Of a stretch of 53,135 nucleotides of DNA, positions 17,465-28,806 are shown one piece after another. A program made the position numbers and the translations under genes. This stretch comes from Demequinaceae bacterium (GTDB lineage: Bacteria; Actinomycetota; Actinomycetes; Actinomycetales; Demequinaceae), in assembly GCA_017882825.1 (NCBI GenBank), contig JADGOS010000001.1, forward strand, positions 1-53,135, read 5' to 3'. Each line of letters opens with the position of its first letter. Within the stretch, counting starts at the first letter, position 1. The notes below the pieces were generated by a model. It was not told the DNA's origin and did no database searches. It saw only the letters and a list, made by a program, of their open reading frames with translations.

Positions 17465-20400
17465 GATGCGCTCACCTCCGCCCCCTCCGGCTGGGCGGGG
17501 CAGCACCGGCGGACGGAGCAGTAGTCGCACTGCGGTCCCAGCCGCGCCTCGAAACTCGACGCCGCCATCTCCTCGACGACCTTCCCTAGTCTTGCGGCGG
17601 CCACGCCAGCATCGACGGGTTCCTGCGTGCGCACGGCGGCCGACGCGGCGTCAACGCCGATGTACACGAGTTCGGCTCCCCCGGCGCTGGCCACGCCCCC
17701 GAACCCGCCCGATGATGCGGCGAGTTGGTACATCGCGAGTTGCGCGTTGGTCGCGGCCTCCTGGGCCGCGAGCGCGCGCGCCCCGGTCTTCAGATCGGCG
17801 ACGACGGCGCGGTCGCCCGTGACGTGGAGCCGGTCCGCGCGCCCCTGGAGCACCGCCCTCCCCATCTCAACCCGGAAGGGAACCTCGGTGCGGACCTCTT
17901 CGGCCCCGACCTGGGCGACGTAGCCCGCGAGCCGCTCGACCATGGACGAGGCCCGCGCCCGCACCAGGCGCCCCACCCACGTGTCGAGGGAGCCGATCTG
18001 GGGCCACCGCGCATCCAGCGCACTCTCGTACTCCGCGAGCGAACCCGCGGGCAACTCGGCGGCGATCTCGTGGACGAGGGATCCGACGAGTTGGGCGGCA
18101 CCGGCCGCGCCCCCGCCGCCCGAGGACTCGAGCGCCCACTTGAGCGGGCACGCCTCGGCGGACTCGACCTTGGAAGGCGAGACGGTCACGGGAGCGCCGT
18201 CTTCCCACAGCGGAGCGTCGGACGACCGGGCGCGTGCACCGCTCCACCGCCGCGGGTCGGCTCCCGGCACGCCCGCCATAGCGAGGCGGGCGAGCATCTG
18301 CGTGTGGCCTGCGCGCTCGCCCGAGCCGATCGCCAGCGCGTCCCTGCGCAGGGCGCCTACGGCATCGCGGAGGTCCGCGACCCCGCCTACCTGGTCCGCT
18401 CGGAGCACCGTCGCCCCCGCGGCCTCGAGCCACGCCACGTACCGCGACGGCCTCTCTTCGCTCGCGCCGTCCGCGCCGTCGAGGGTCAGGACGATGACCT
18501 CGGACCTCGCCCGAGTCACAGCGACGAGGAACGCCCGCGTCTCGTCGTTCAGCACCGCGGCGCGCGCGGATGCCACGACCTCCGGTCTGCGGGCCTCGGG
18601 TACGGGGACGGCCTCGGAACGGCCGGAAAGGATCTCGGCAAGCGCCTGGGCGCCGAGGACGGAGTCTCGGAGCTTGAGGTTGGGCCAGAGGCCCTCCTCG
18701 AGCCCCGCGATCACGACGACATCCCACTCGCGTCCTGCCGCCGAGGCAGGCGTCGCGAAGGCCACTCCCTCGCCGTCCCGGCCCGTCGGGGCGAGGGTGT
18801 CCGCGGCGAATCCCTGCGCCGCGAGATAGGAGAAGAACGCGACGGGCTCCGCCTCAGGGAGGCGGGAGGTGAAGTCCTCGGCCGCGCGCAGGAGCGCGAT
18901 TACCGCGTCCAGGTCGGCGTCGTCGCGGGCCGAACCCGCGAGCGCCCCATCCCGCCAGGCCTCAGCCACGCCGAGGCGCGCCCACACCGCCCAGAGCATC
19001 AACTCCGGGGTGCGGCGCGAGGCCGCCGCCGCGTCGGCGACAGCCCGCGCCACGAGGATCGCACGGCCGACGTCGCGGCCTTCGATCGTCGCGAGCCTCG
19101 CCGGGTCCGCGAGCCCCTCAAGGAGCAGATCCATCCCGCCCCTGGTCCCGCCCCCCGCACGCTCCTCGCGCACGAGCGCGCGCCTGAGCCGTCGCAACCC
19201 TCCGGCGTCAAGTCCGATGGCGCGAGACGTCAGGACCTCGAGCGCCGATTCCGCGGTCCACGGCTCGCCGAGCGCGACGCGGACGATCGCGAGCAGCGGC
19301 GCCACCGCCGGCTCACGGTGGAGGGCAACGCCCTCCCCGAGCGACTCGCAGGGGATCGCGGCCGCCGCAAGGTCGGACCGGACCTCGCGCAGCCGCGCGC
19401 TTGAGCGCGCGATGACAACTATGCGCGACCAAGGGACCGGCGTCCCCTCAAGGCCGAGGTGGCGGGCTCGCAGACGCGCCGCCACGGCGCGCGCCTGCGC
19501 CGCGCCCGTCGTCGCGCGGATCACCTCCACGGGAGACGCCGCGGAACCGTCGGTCGCGGGAGGCGCGACCCGCGCGGAGCCGACGCCGGAGACGCCGATG
19601 CGCTCGGCGACGGCCGCGCCGAAGGCCGCCAGGTGGGGGGCCTGGCGATGCGACCCCTCGAGCCGCAAGAGCGTGGCGCCCCAGCCCTGCGGCGAGGGAG
19701 CCGTTGCGTCGGCGAGGAAGGTGGGCACCGCACCCCGATACCCCTGGACGGATTCGTCGGCGTTGCCGAGGAGGATGATGCGCGAACCGCGACCGGCGGC
19801 CACGCCGAGCAGTTCGATCGTGGCGCGGGTGACGTCGTGAGCGTCGTCGACGAGGATGAGCGACCACCGTGGGCCGGCGTCCGCCGCGGTCACCGGCCAT
19901 TCGCGGAGCGCGGCGGCGGCGGCCGCGACCACGGCCGCGGGGTCGTAGCGTGCGCCCTGATCTGCCGGGGTCGACCGCAGCGCCATCACCTGTTCGTATT
20001 CTCGGAAGACCCTCGCTGCCTGCACCCACTCGGGCCTTCCCGCCCGTCTACCGAGTTCGGCAAGGTCGTCGGGACCCAGCCCGCCCTCCGAGGCCCGCAT
20101 GATCAGGTCGCGCAACTCACGCCGGAACCCCGCGAGCGCCGTCGCCTCAGGGGGAACGACGCCCTCCCAATCGGGGGCGGCGCCGACCCCCCCTCGGTGG
20201 CCGGCCAGGAGTTCGCGTAGCACGACGTCCTGCTCGGGCCCGGAAATCAGTTGGGGCCGCGGCATCCCCTCGGCGTCCGCGACCGAGCGAAGGATCGCGA
20301 ACGCCCACGACGCCGCCGTCCGCGCGGGCGGGACCGCGGTCGGCGCGGCCATCGCGGCCGTGACGCGATCGCGTAGAGAAGACGCGGCGCGGCGCGTGGG

Positions 20401-20619
20401 CGCCAGCACCAGCACACGGTCGGGATCGAGCGACCCCGAGCGGACGGCGTCGGCAGCTGCCGCGACCGCCGCGGTCGTCTTGCCGCTGCCTGCGGGACCC
20501 ACGACGACGGCGTGGCCCGCGCCATGGTCGGCGGCATGCGCGAGGACCGCGAGCTGGGAAGCGTCGAGGCCGGGCTCCTCGGGCGCGGGGCGCGGGGGCT
20601 CAAGCATCACGCGGGTCAT
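17461..20619 (-). CDS. adnA: Helicase-nuclease AdnA (UvrD-like + RecB-type nuclease with Cys cluster)
   Basis: GPAGSGKTT P-loop, a C-terminal nuclease (ADLKTG), and a Cys cluster CPLKW...CDYCSVRRCCP. ATG at 20619 preferred over TTG at 20631. Confidence 0.85.
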   Translation of the reverse strand: MTRVMLEPPRPAPEEPGLDASQLAVLAHAADHGAGHAVVVGPAGSGKTTAAVAAAADAVRSGSLDPDRVLVLAPTRRAASSLRDRVTAAMAAPTAVPPARTAASWAFAILRSVADAEGMPRPQLISGPEQDVVLRELLAGHRGGVGAAPDWEGVVPPEATALAGFRRELRDLIMRASEGGLGPDDLAELGRRAGRPEWVQAARVFREYEQVMALRSTPADQGARYDPAAVVAAAAAALREWPVTAADAGPRWSLILVDDAHDVTRATIELLGVAAGRGSRIILLGNADESVQGYRGAVPTFLADATAPSPQGWGATLLRLEGSHRQAPHLAAFGAAVAERIGVSGVGSARVAPPATDGSAASPVEVIRATTGAAQARAVAARLRARHLGLEGTPVPWSRIVVIARSSARLREVRSDLAAAAIPCESLGEGVALHREPAVAPLLAIVRVALGEPWTAESALEVLTSRAIGLDAGGLRRLRRALVREERAGGGTRGGMDLLLEGLADPARLATIEGRDVGRAILVARAVADAAAASRRTPELMLWAVWARLGVAEAWRDGALAGSARDDADLDAVIALLRAAEDFTSRLPEAEPVAFFSYLAAQGFAADTLAPTGRDGEGVAFATPASAAGREWDVVVIAGLEEGLWPNLKLRDSVLGAQALAEILSGRSEAVPVPEARRPEVVASARAAVLNDETRAFLVAVTRARSEVIVLTLDGADGASEERPSRYVAWLEAAGATVLRADQVGGVADLRDAVGALRRDALAIGSGERAGHTQMLARLAMAGVPGADPRRWSGARARSSDAPLWEDGAPVTVSPSKVESAEACPLKWALESSGGGGAAGAAQLVGSLVHEIAAELPAGSLAEYESALDARWPQIGSLDTWVGRLVRARASSMVERLAGYVAQVGAEEVRTEVPFRVEMGRAVLQGRADRLHVTGDRAVVADLKTGARALAAQEAATNAQLAMYQLAASSGGFGGVASAGGAELVYIGVDAASAAVRTQEPVDAGVAAARLGKVVEEMAASSFEARLGPQCDYCSVRRCCPAQPEGAEVSAS

Positions 20620-20665
20620 GGACCCAGCCAACCACCCGCCCGAGACACTCGCCCGGCGAACCGCG

Positions 20666-21616
20666 CTACCCGGTCGAACTTGCGGGGAAAGGCCATCCGT
20701 TGGGCTCGCACGGGGTGAAGTCGAGTTCTTGGTTCTGCATCACGGGAGCAAGTTGGCCGGCGCCGCCGCAGGGCGCGTCCGGCTCACCCAGGAGGTGTCC
20801 GATCGGGTGGTTGATCATGTAGTCGCGCCACTGGCCCGCTTCGTCCCCGAACGCCTTGGCGCCCGCGGCCCACTGATAGGCACTCACGACGACGATGCCT
20901 TGGTCGGCGCAGGACGGCGCCTTAGCCGCGCTCGGCGAGGGGCTCGCGCTCGGCGAGGCCGCCCGTGCAGGCGCCGCGACCGGCGGGCTCACCGAGGGAA
21001 GGGGAACGACGCCCGGAACGTCCGGGGGCGCGATGTCCACGACCGCCGCGTCATGCGGTCGCGGGCACAGGTCCGCCGCCGTCTTGGGGGATGCGAACAC
21101 GATGCGGATGTCGGCGACTCCGTCCGTCCTGCCAAACGACACCCGGCCGTGCCCGGTCCATCCCTGCGCGTCGCCGAGTATCGACATCACGTAGGACGAG
21201 ACGATGGCGGGATCGAGCGGCACGCCGTCTTCGATCTCGATCCGAACCCACCGCGTCGGGCCTGCGCCAATGGGGTCGCTCTGCCCCGGCACCACCACGA
21301 GCTTCCCCTCACCGCGCGTGGGGATGTCGAGGCTCGTCAGGCCTGCGGTGCGGTCGTCCGCGTTCATGAAGCGCGTCAGCGCGGGGTATAGGTCAACCGG
21401 GATGTCGGTATTGGGCTGCCCGGAGGTGGAAGCCGAAGGGCTCGTCGACGGATCGGCGGTAGCAAGCGCGCTGACGAGGAAGTCCGCGATGAATGCGCTC
21501 CCCCAACCCGCGCCGACCCCGACCCCGAACGCGAGCAGCACGATTGCCGCGATCACGATCCTGCCCGGGATGCGCCTGCCCGTGAGGATCGGCCCGCCAC
21601 GTCGCAACAATCGCAT
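20666..21616 (-). CDS. DUF3152-like secreted/anchored protein (zincin-like, variant motif)
   Basis: N-terminal TM helix, a Ser/Pro-rich linker, and a C-terminal domain with INHPIGHLLGE and CGG..LAPVMQNQ. Family and Rv3207c-like synteny are recalled. Confidence 0.68.
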   Translation of the reverse strand: MRLLRRGGPILTGRRIPGRIVIAAIVLLAFGVGVGAGWGSAFIADFLVSALATADPSTSPSASTSGQPNTDIPVDLYPALTRFMNADDRTAGLTSLDIPTRGEGKLVVVPGQSDPIGAGPTRWVRIEIEDGVPLDPAIVSSYVMSILGDAQGWTGHGRVSFGRTDGVADIRIVFASPKTAADLCPRPHDAAVVDIAPPDVPGVVPLPSVSPPVAAPARAASPSASPSPSAAKAPSCADQGIVVVSAYQWAAGAKAFGDEAGQWRDYMINHPIGHLLGEPDAPCGGAGQLAPVMQNQELDFTPCEPNGWPFPASSTG

Positions 21617-21665
21617 GCCCCTACGATAGTTCGTAGGACACCGTTACCCGATTCCGGAGGCGAGC

Positions 21666-21884
21666 ATGGAGATCAAGATCGGCGTGCAGAACATTTCGCG
21701 CGAGATCACGCTCGACACCGACGACACGGCTGACGCCGTGGCCAAGGCGATCGCGCAGGGCATGGCAGGCGCGACGATCGAGTTCCACGACGGCAAGGGC
21801 CGCCGGGTGATTGTGCCGTCCGCGGCCCTGGGGTACGTGGAGATGGGCAGCGAAGAGAAGCGCAGGGTGGGCTTCGGGGGCTGA
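21666..21884 (+). CDS. DUF3107 family small protein (TB9.4-like)
   Basis: 72 aa, MEIKIGVQNISREITLDTD... This closely matches my recollection of DUF3107, and it sits upstream of the DEAD-box helicase as in mycobacteria. Confidence 0.8.
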   Translation: MEIKIGVQNISREITLDTDDTADAVAKAIAQGMAGATIEFHDGKGRRVIVPSAALGYVEMGSEEKRRVGFGG

Positions 21885-22039
21885 GAAGGGGGTCCGGCGG
21901 CCCCGGAAGGTACACTGGAGGCGACTCGAGGTTGCCCGGTCGTCTGGTGAAGCGCGGCACAGGCCGCATGGAGATTCGCGATCGGCTACCCGCCGCAAGG
22001 CGCCGCGCCCGGCGCCACCGAATCTAGGACCCTTCACCC

Positions 22040-23752
22040 ATGAGTGAGACAGAAACCCCCACGCTCACGCCTACCCGCACGTTTGCGGATTTTGGCGTAG
22101 GCGCCCCCATCGTCGAGGCGCTCGCCGCCGTCGGCATCGTCCACCCCTTCCCCATCCAGGAAATGACCCTTCCGGTCGCCCTTAACGGTCACGACATCAT
22201 CGGCCAGGCCAAGACCGGGACGGGGAAGACGCTCGGCTTCGGCATCCCGCTGCTCGAGCACCTCTCCGGTCCCGGAGAGCCGGGGTGGGACGTCCTCACC
22301 GCGCCGGGCAAGCCCCAGGCCCTCGTCGTCGCCCCAACGCGGGAACTCGCCATCCAGGTCGCGCAGGATCTCGACGTCGCGGCGAAGTTCCGATCCGCAC
22401 GCGTCCTTCAGGTCTACGGAGGCCGGGCATACGAGCCCCAGATCGAGGCGCTGAAGCGGGGCGTCGAGGTCGTCGTTGGAACGCCGGGACGCATGATCGA
22501 CCTGATGCGACAGGGGCACCTCGACCTGCGGTACGTCAGGACCGTCGTGCTTGACGAGGCGGACGAGATGCTTGACCTCGGATTCCTGCCCGACGTCGAG
22601 AAGCTCCTCGCGGGCACCCCAGACTCGCGCCACACGATGCTGTTCTCGGCGACCATGCCGGGCGCGGTCGTCGCGCTCGCGCGCCGCTACATGATCCAGC
22701 CGACCCACATCAGGGCGAACGACCCCGAGGACTCCGGCGCGACCGTCAAGGCGATCAAGCAGTTCGTCTACCGGGCTCACGCGATGGACAAGATCGAGGT
22801 GCTGGCCCGGATCCTGCAGTCCAAGAACAGGGGCTTGACCATTGTCTTCGCGCGCACCAAGCGAACCACCGCGAAGGTGGCTGACGAACTCGCCGCGCGC
22901 GGCTTCGCGTCTGGCGCCATCCACGGCGACCTGGGCCAGGGCGCGCGCGAGCAGGCGCTCCGCGCCTTCAAGTCGGGCAAGATCGACGTGCTCGTCGCAA
23001 CCGACGTTGCCGCGCGCGGAATCGATGTCGACGACGTCACCCACGTGATCAACTACCAGTGCCCCGAAGACCAGAAGATCTATCTCCACCGGACGGGCCG
23101 CACCGGTCGCGCGGGCAAGACCGGCGTCGCCGTCACCTTCGTGGACTGGGATGACATGCCCCGCTGGGGCCTCATCGACAGGGGGCTCGACCTCGGATAC
23201 CCCGAGCCCGAGGAGACCTACTCCAACTCGCCCCACCTCTATGCGGAGATGGACATTCCCGAGGGCACAACCGGAACGCTTCCCCGAGCCAACCGCACCC
23301 GCGAGGGTCTCGGAGCCGAAACGCTCGAGGACCTCGGGGAGACGGGCAAGAGGCCCGGCGGCGGATCACGCGACGGGGGGCATGGTGGCGGCCAGGGTCG
23401 CGGTCGCGGCGGCTCCGACTCAGGGGGCTCGGATCGCCGCTCGGATCGCCGCTCGGGTGGCGGTTACGGCGGAAGCTCGGCGCGTCGATCAGGTTCGGGT
23501 TCTGGCGACGGCAGAGGTTCTGGCGGGGGCTCGGGTTCTGGCGGGGGCTCGGGTTCCGGCGGGGGCGCAGGTTCTGGCGGGGGCTCGGGTTCTGGCGGGG
23601 GCGCAGGTTCTGGCGGCGGCAGGTCCCCGTCGCGCCCCCCGCGTCCGGAGGCCTCGGGCTCCGCGGCGGAGTCGTCCTCCGAGAGGCCGAGCGGCGCCCG
23701 CCGCAGTCGCGGTAGGAAGCGCACGGGCGGCGGCGAGACCCCCGCGAACTAG
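22040..23752 (+). CDS. rhlE: DEAD-box ATP-dependent RNA helicase with Gly/Ser/Arg-rich C-terminal tail
   Basis: Q-motif region, AKTGTGKT, DEAD (VLDEADEMLD), SAT and HRTGRTGRAG. About 130 aa of low-complexity tail. Confidence 0.92.
   Translation: MSETETPTLTPTRTFADFGVGAPIVEALAAVGIVHPFPIQEMTLPVALNGHDIIGQAKTGTGKTLGFGIPLLEHLSGPGEPGWDVLTAPGKPQALVVAPTRELAIQVAQDLDVAAKFRSARVLQVYGGRAYEPQIEALKRGVEVVVGTPGRMIDLMRQGHLDLRYVRTVVLDEADEMLDLGFLPDVEKLLAGTPDSRHTMLFSATMPGAVVALARRYMIQPTHIRANDPEDSGATVKAIKQFVYRAHAMDKIEVLARILQSKNRGLTIVFARTKRTTAKVADELAARGFASGAIHGDLGQGAREQALRAFKSGKIDVLVATDVAARGIDVDDVTHVINYQCPEDQKIYLHRTGRTGRAGKTGVAVTFVDWDDMPRWGLIDRGLDLGYPEPEETYSNSPHLYAEMDIPEGTTGTLPRANRTREGLGAETLEDLGETGKRPGGGSRDGGHGGGQGRGRGGSDSGGSDRRSDRRSGGGYGGSSARRSGSGSGDGRGSGGGSGSGGGSGSGGGAGSGGGSGSGGGAGSGGGRSPSRPPRPEASGSAAESSSERPSGARRSRGRKRTGGGETPAN
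23516..23623. repeat. 6 x 18-nt tandem repeats (GSGGG[S/A]) inside the helicase tail
   Basis: ggttctggcgggggctcg units run head to tail from 23516, with small variants (ggttccggcgggggcgca etc.). Confidence 0.85.
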
Positions 23753-23755
23753 ACC

Positions 23756-24580
23756 CTAGCTGCGCGCGGCCTCGAGGGCAGCGAGCGCCTGCGGGCTGGT
23801 GAGGTTCTCTCCGAGCCGGTTGCGCTTTCCCGCGCCGTGATAGTCGCTCGCGCCAAGCGGAACGAGGCCGAGGCGCTCGGCGATCCTCGCGAGCCTCTCG
23901 CGCTGGCCCTCGGAGTGATCGCGATGCTCCACCTCTAGGCCCACGAGTCCGACGCGCGCCATCGACTCGATCACCGAAGTCGGTACGACCCTGCCCCGAC
24001 CGTCGGCGCCGGGGTGCGCGAACGCCGACACTCCGCCCGCCGCGCGGACCGTCCGAACCACGTCGAGGACGTCCGGGGCGTAGTGCGGAACGTAGTACGG
24101 CGAACCGTCGTGCAGGATCTCCGAAAAGGCCGCATCTCGATCGCTCACAAGTCCGGCCGCGACAAGGGTGTCGGCTATGTGGGGGCGCCCGACCGTCTCC
24201 GTCGACTCCGAGTGTGCTGCGACCGCCTCCCACGTGATCGGGTAGTCGCGAGCGACTCTGGAGACAATCTCGCGCGCGCGGTCGACGCGAGCATCCCGGG
24301 TGCGCGCCATCATGGCGAGCAGGTCGGCATCGTCGGCGCGCGGCCAATACGCGAGAAGGTGCACGCTCACTCCCCGATGCCTACTCGAGATCTCGACGCC
24401 CGGCACGAATCCGAGGCTCAGCACGCGAGCCTCGGCCTCCGCCTCATCCCACCCCGCCAACGTGTCGTGGTCCGTGAGCGCGACGACGTCGAGCCCCGCC
24501 GCCGCCGCCGCTCGCATCACCTGGACGGGCGTCTCCGTCCCGTCGGACATAGCCGAGTGGGTGTGGAGGTCGATGCGCAC
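23756..24580 (-). CDS. PHP-domain metal-dependent phosphoesterase (TrpH/YciV-like)
   Basis: 274 aa. MRIDLHTHSAMSDG and later His/Asp ligand motifs (LTDHDT, FAHP) are typical of the PHP family. Confidence 0.85.
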   Translation of the reverse strand: MRIDLHTHSAMSDGTETPVQVMRAAAAAGLDVVALTDHDTLAGWDEAEAEARVLSLGFVPGVEISSRHRGVSVHLLAYWPRADDADLLAMMARTRDARVDRAREIVSRVARDYPITWEAVAAHSESTETVGRPHIADTLVAAGLVSDRDAAFSEILHDGSPYYVPHYAPDVLDVVRTVRAAGGVSAFAHPGADGRGRVVPTSVIESMARVGLVGLEVEHRDHSEGQRERLARIAERLGLVPLGASDYHGAGKRNRLGENLTSPQALAALEAARS

Positions 24581-24655
24581 GACGCCAGGTTACGCCGCGT
24601 CGTCGCTCCCGGAAGCGTCGTCGCGAACCCCCGCACATCGTGCGACCATGGGGCG

Positions 24656-26020
24656 GTGGACGACACGACCAAGAAGAAGATCACGCGGTCCCAGCGACCC
24701 GATTCCGATGCCTTCAAGCGGTTCATCACCGAGAAGTGGGGCGGGCACGAACGGGAGCCCGTGGCTCGGGCGGCGGGCGCCCCCTTCGCTGCCGAGCGAC
24801 GCGCGCGAATCTCCGGCCAATTCCCCGGCGTCCGCATCATCGCGCCCGCGGGCGACCTCGCCATGCGGTCGAACGACACGACCTACCGGTTCCGGCCTCA
24901 CTCGGACTTCGCGTACCTCACGGGCCTCGGGGTGGACCACGAGCCGGGAGCCGTGCTCGTCATGGAACCGACGGCATCCGGCCACTCGGCGATCCTGTAT
25001 CTCCTTCCCCCCGAGAGCCGGGACGGCGAGGGCTTCTACTCCGATCCGCGCCTCGGAGAATTCTGGATCGGAAAGCGTCCCGGCCTCGCGGAGTTTTCCG
25101 CCATCGCGGGGATTGAGACCCGCCCCCTCGCGGAACTCCCCCGGGGGCTTCGGCTCGCCTCCCAGCCCTCGCCCGCCGTCGCACGCGCGCTCGCGATGAT
25201 GCGCATGGTCAAGGACGCGTACGAGGTGGATCAGGTCCGGGCCGCGGTCGCGGCGACGATCGCCGGTTTCGAGCGCGTCGTCGGCGAGTTTCCCCGGGCG
25301 ATAGAGCACAAGCGCGGCGAGCGCGTGATCGAGGCGACGTTCGACGGGCACGCGCGCGAAGAGGGCAACGCGGTGGGATATGAGACGATCGCCGCGTCCG
25401 GACCCCACGCGACGACGCTGCACTGGATCAGCAACGACGGTCAGGTGCGCGACGGCGACCTGCTCCTCCTCGACGCGGGGGTCGAGGTCGAGAGCCTCTA
25501 CACCGCCGACATCACCCGGACCCTGCCCGTCGGGGGCACGTTCAGCGACGTCCAGCGGCGGGTCTACGACGTGGTCCTCGAGGCGGCCGACGCGGCGTTC
25601 GCCGTCGCGGGCCCCGGCTCCACTCTCCGCGAGATTCACCTCGCGGCCATGGGCGTCATCGAGCGACGACTGACCGAATGGGGAATCGTCCCAACGAATG
25701 ACGACCCCGACGCGGCCCTGTACCGCCGTTGGATGGTCCACTCGACGTCCCACCACCTCGGCCTCGACGTTCACGACTGCGACAAGGCTCGCCGCACGGC
25801 GTACCTCGACGGCAAGCTCGAGCCCGGGATGGTCTTCACGATCGAGCCGGGGCTCTACTTCAAGGAGGACGACCTCGCGGTGCCGGAGGAACTTCGCGGA
25901 ATCGGCATCCGCATCGAGGACGACGTTCTGGTGACCACCGACGGCGTCGAGAACCTTTCGCGCGCCCTTCCCCGCGGCGCCGACGATGTCGAGAGGTGGA
26001 TGGCCGCGCTCCGCCGGTAG
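24656..26020 (+). CDS. Xaa-Pro aminopeptidase (M24B, aminopeptidase P family)
   Basis: Track ORF trimmed to the GTG at 24656 (VDDTTKKK), just past the divergent PHP gene. M24 metal-ligand motifs LLDAGVE, HHLGLDVHD, FTIEPG and GIRIEDD. Confidence 0.85.
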   Translation: MDDTTKKKITRSQRPDSDAFKRFITEKWGGHEREPVARAAGAPFAAERRARISGQFPGVRIIAPAGDLAMRSNDTTYRFRPHSDFAYLTGLGVDHEPGAVLVMEPTASGHSAILYLLPPESRDGEGFYSDPRLGEFWIGKRPGLAEFSAIAGIETRPLAELPRGLRLASQPSPAVARALAMMRMVKDAYEVDQVRAAVAATIAGFERVVGEFPRAIEHKRGERVIEATFDGHAREEGNAVGYETIAASGPHATTLHWISNDGQVRDGDLLLLDAGVEVESLYTADITRTLPVGGTFSDVQRRVYDVVLEAADAAFAVAGPGSTLREIHLAAMGVIERRLTEWGIVPTNDDPDAALYRRWMVHSTSHHLGLDVHDCDKARRTAYLDGKLEPGMVFTIEPGLYFKEDDLAVPEELRGIGIRIEDDVLVTTDGVENLSRALPRGADDVERWMAALRR

Positions 26021-26030
26021 CATCGGGAGC

Positions 26031-27536
26031 ATGCTTCGCGCCTCGATGACGCTCGACCCGGCGGCGGTCGTCGCCCCCGTGAGGCGCCGCACCTTCGGAT
26101 CCTTCGTCGAGCACCTTGGCCGCTGCGTCTACACCGGAATCTACGAGCCCGACCACCCGAAGGCCGACGACCAGGGCTTCCGCACGGACGTCGCCGAACT
26201 CGTGCGCGAACTGGGAGTCTCGACGATCCGCTACCCGGGCGGAAACTTCGTCTCCGGATACCGCTGGGAGGACGGCGTCGGCCCCGTCGAGTCCCGGCCG
26301 CGGCGCCTCGACCTCGCCTGGCACAGCCTCGAGACCAACGAGTTCGGCACCAACGAGTTCATGGCATGGGCCAGGGCCCAGGGCGTCGAGCCGATGATGG
26401 CGGTGAACCTCGGGACGCGCGGCATCCAGGAGGCCCTCGATCTCCTCGAGTACTGCAACGCCCGCGGGAGCTCGGCGCTCGCCAACCTCCGTCGCTCGCA
26501 CGGCGCCGTCGAACCGCACGCGGTGACGATGTGGTGCCTGGGCAACGAGATGGACGGGCCGTGGCAACTCGGCCACAAGACCGCGACCGAATACGGGCGG
26601 CTCGCGGCCGAAACGGCGCGAGCGATGCGGATGATCGACCCCGACCTGGTCCTCGTCGCGTGCGGAAGCTCCGGCTCGGGCATGCCCACCTTCGGCGAGT
26701 GGGAACGCACGGTCCTCGACCTCGCGTACAACGAGATCGACATGATCTCCGCGCACGCCTACTACGAGGAGAAGGACGGAGACCGGACGAGTTTCCTCGC
26801 CTCCGCCGTAGACATGGACCGCTTCATCGACACGGTGGCCGGCATCGCGGACGGCGTCAAGGAGGCCAAGGGCGGCACCAAGGACATCGCCATCTCCTTC
26901 GACGAGTGGAACGTCTGGTACATCACGCGCCCCGAATCCGAGGTGCCCAAGAGCGAGTGGCCACGGGCGCCGCGGTTGCTCGAGGACGTCCATTCCGCCA
27001 CCGACGCCGTCGTCGTCGGGAGCCTTCTCATCTCGCTGCTGCGCCACAGCGACCGCGTCCACGCCGCGAGCCTCGCCCAACTCGTCAACGTCATCGCGCC
27101 CATCATGACCGAACCCGGCGGCGACGCGTGGAGGCAGGCGACCTTCCACCCCTTCGCCCTGACTTCGCGCCACGCCAGGGGAGACGTATTGCGCGCGACC
27201 GTCGACTCGCCCCGTCACGAGACCGCCCGCTTCGGCGGCGTCGCGAGCGTCGACGCGGTCGCGACGTGGGACGCGGAGGCCGCCGAGGGCGCCCTCTTCG
27301 CGGTCAACCGCGATCCGTCGGAGTCCATCGAACTCACCGTGGATGCCTCCGCACTCGGACGCATCGCCCTCCTCGACGGAAACCTGCTCGGCGGGGTGGA
27401 CCTCGATTCGCGCAACACCGCGGCCGAGCCGGACCGCGTGGTGCCGCGCCCCGCCGAGGTTCGCGTCGGGGGATCTCGCGTGACGATCGCCCTGCCTCCG
27501 GCATCCTGGGCGATGATCCGCTTCACCCGCGAGTAG
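26031..27536 (+). CDS. abfA: Alpha-L-arabinofuranosidase, GH51
   Basis: ATG at 26031 preceded by gggag. RYPGGNFVSGYRWEDG, CLGNEMDG (acid/base Glu) and SFDEWNVW (nucleophile Glu). Confidence 0.9.
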   Translation: MLRASMTLDPAAVVAPVRRRTFGSFVEHLGRCVYTGIYEPDHPKADDQGFRTDVAELVRELGVSTIRYPGGNFVSGYRWEDGVGPVESRPRRLDLAWHSLETNEFGTNEFMAWARAQGVEPMMAVNLGTRGIQEALDLLEYCNARGSSALANLRRSHGAVEPHAVTMWCLGNEMDGPWQLGHKTATEYGRLAAETARAMRMIDPDLVLVACGSSGSGMPTFGEWERTVLDLAYNEIDMISAHAYYEEKDGDRTSFLASAVDMDRFIDTVAGIADGVKEAKGGTKDIAISFDEWNVWYITRPESEVPKSEWPRAPRLLEDVHSATDAVVVGSLLISLLRHSDRVHAASLAQLVNVIAPIMTEPGGDAWRQATFHPFALTSRHARGDVLRATVDSPRHETARFGGVASVDAVATWDAEAAEGALFAVNRDPSESIELTVDASALGRIALLDGNLLGGVDLDSRNTAAEPDRVVPRPAEVRVGGSRVTIALPPASWAMIRFTRE

Positions 27537-27579
27537 TGCGCCCGCCGAGGCACCCTCGGCCGCGACCTACGATGGACCC

Positions 27580-28701
<1,122 letters not shown>

Positions 28702-28806
28702 TCAGTCGCGCATCGTCGGTCCGGTGGTACCCACGGCCCGGAAGCGAGAAGAGCGGGACGCCCGGCGAACCGGACGCCCCGCCCACTGCATGGATCTGGT
28801 AGAGCC

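Noticed and set aside
14180-17524. 1114-aa ORF on the + strand.
   Set aside because: It is antisense to adnB over almost its full length and has a low-complexity Arg/Gly-rich translation. The real gene is the minus-strand helicase-nuclease with clear Walker and nuclease motifs.
21968-22027. 19-codon Arg-rich uORF (MEIRDRLPAARRRARRHRI) in the 155-nt leader of the DEAD-box helicase.
   Set aside because: There is no SD, the composition is typical of random high-GC frames, and nothing supports translation. I noted only that the helicase has a long leader.
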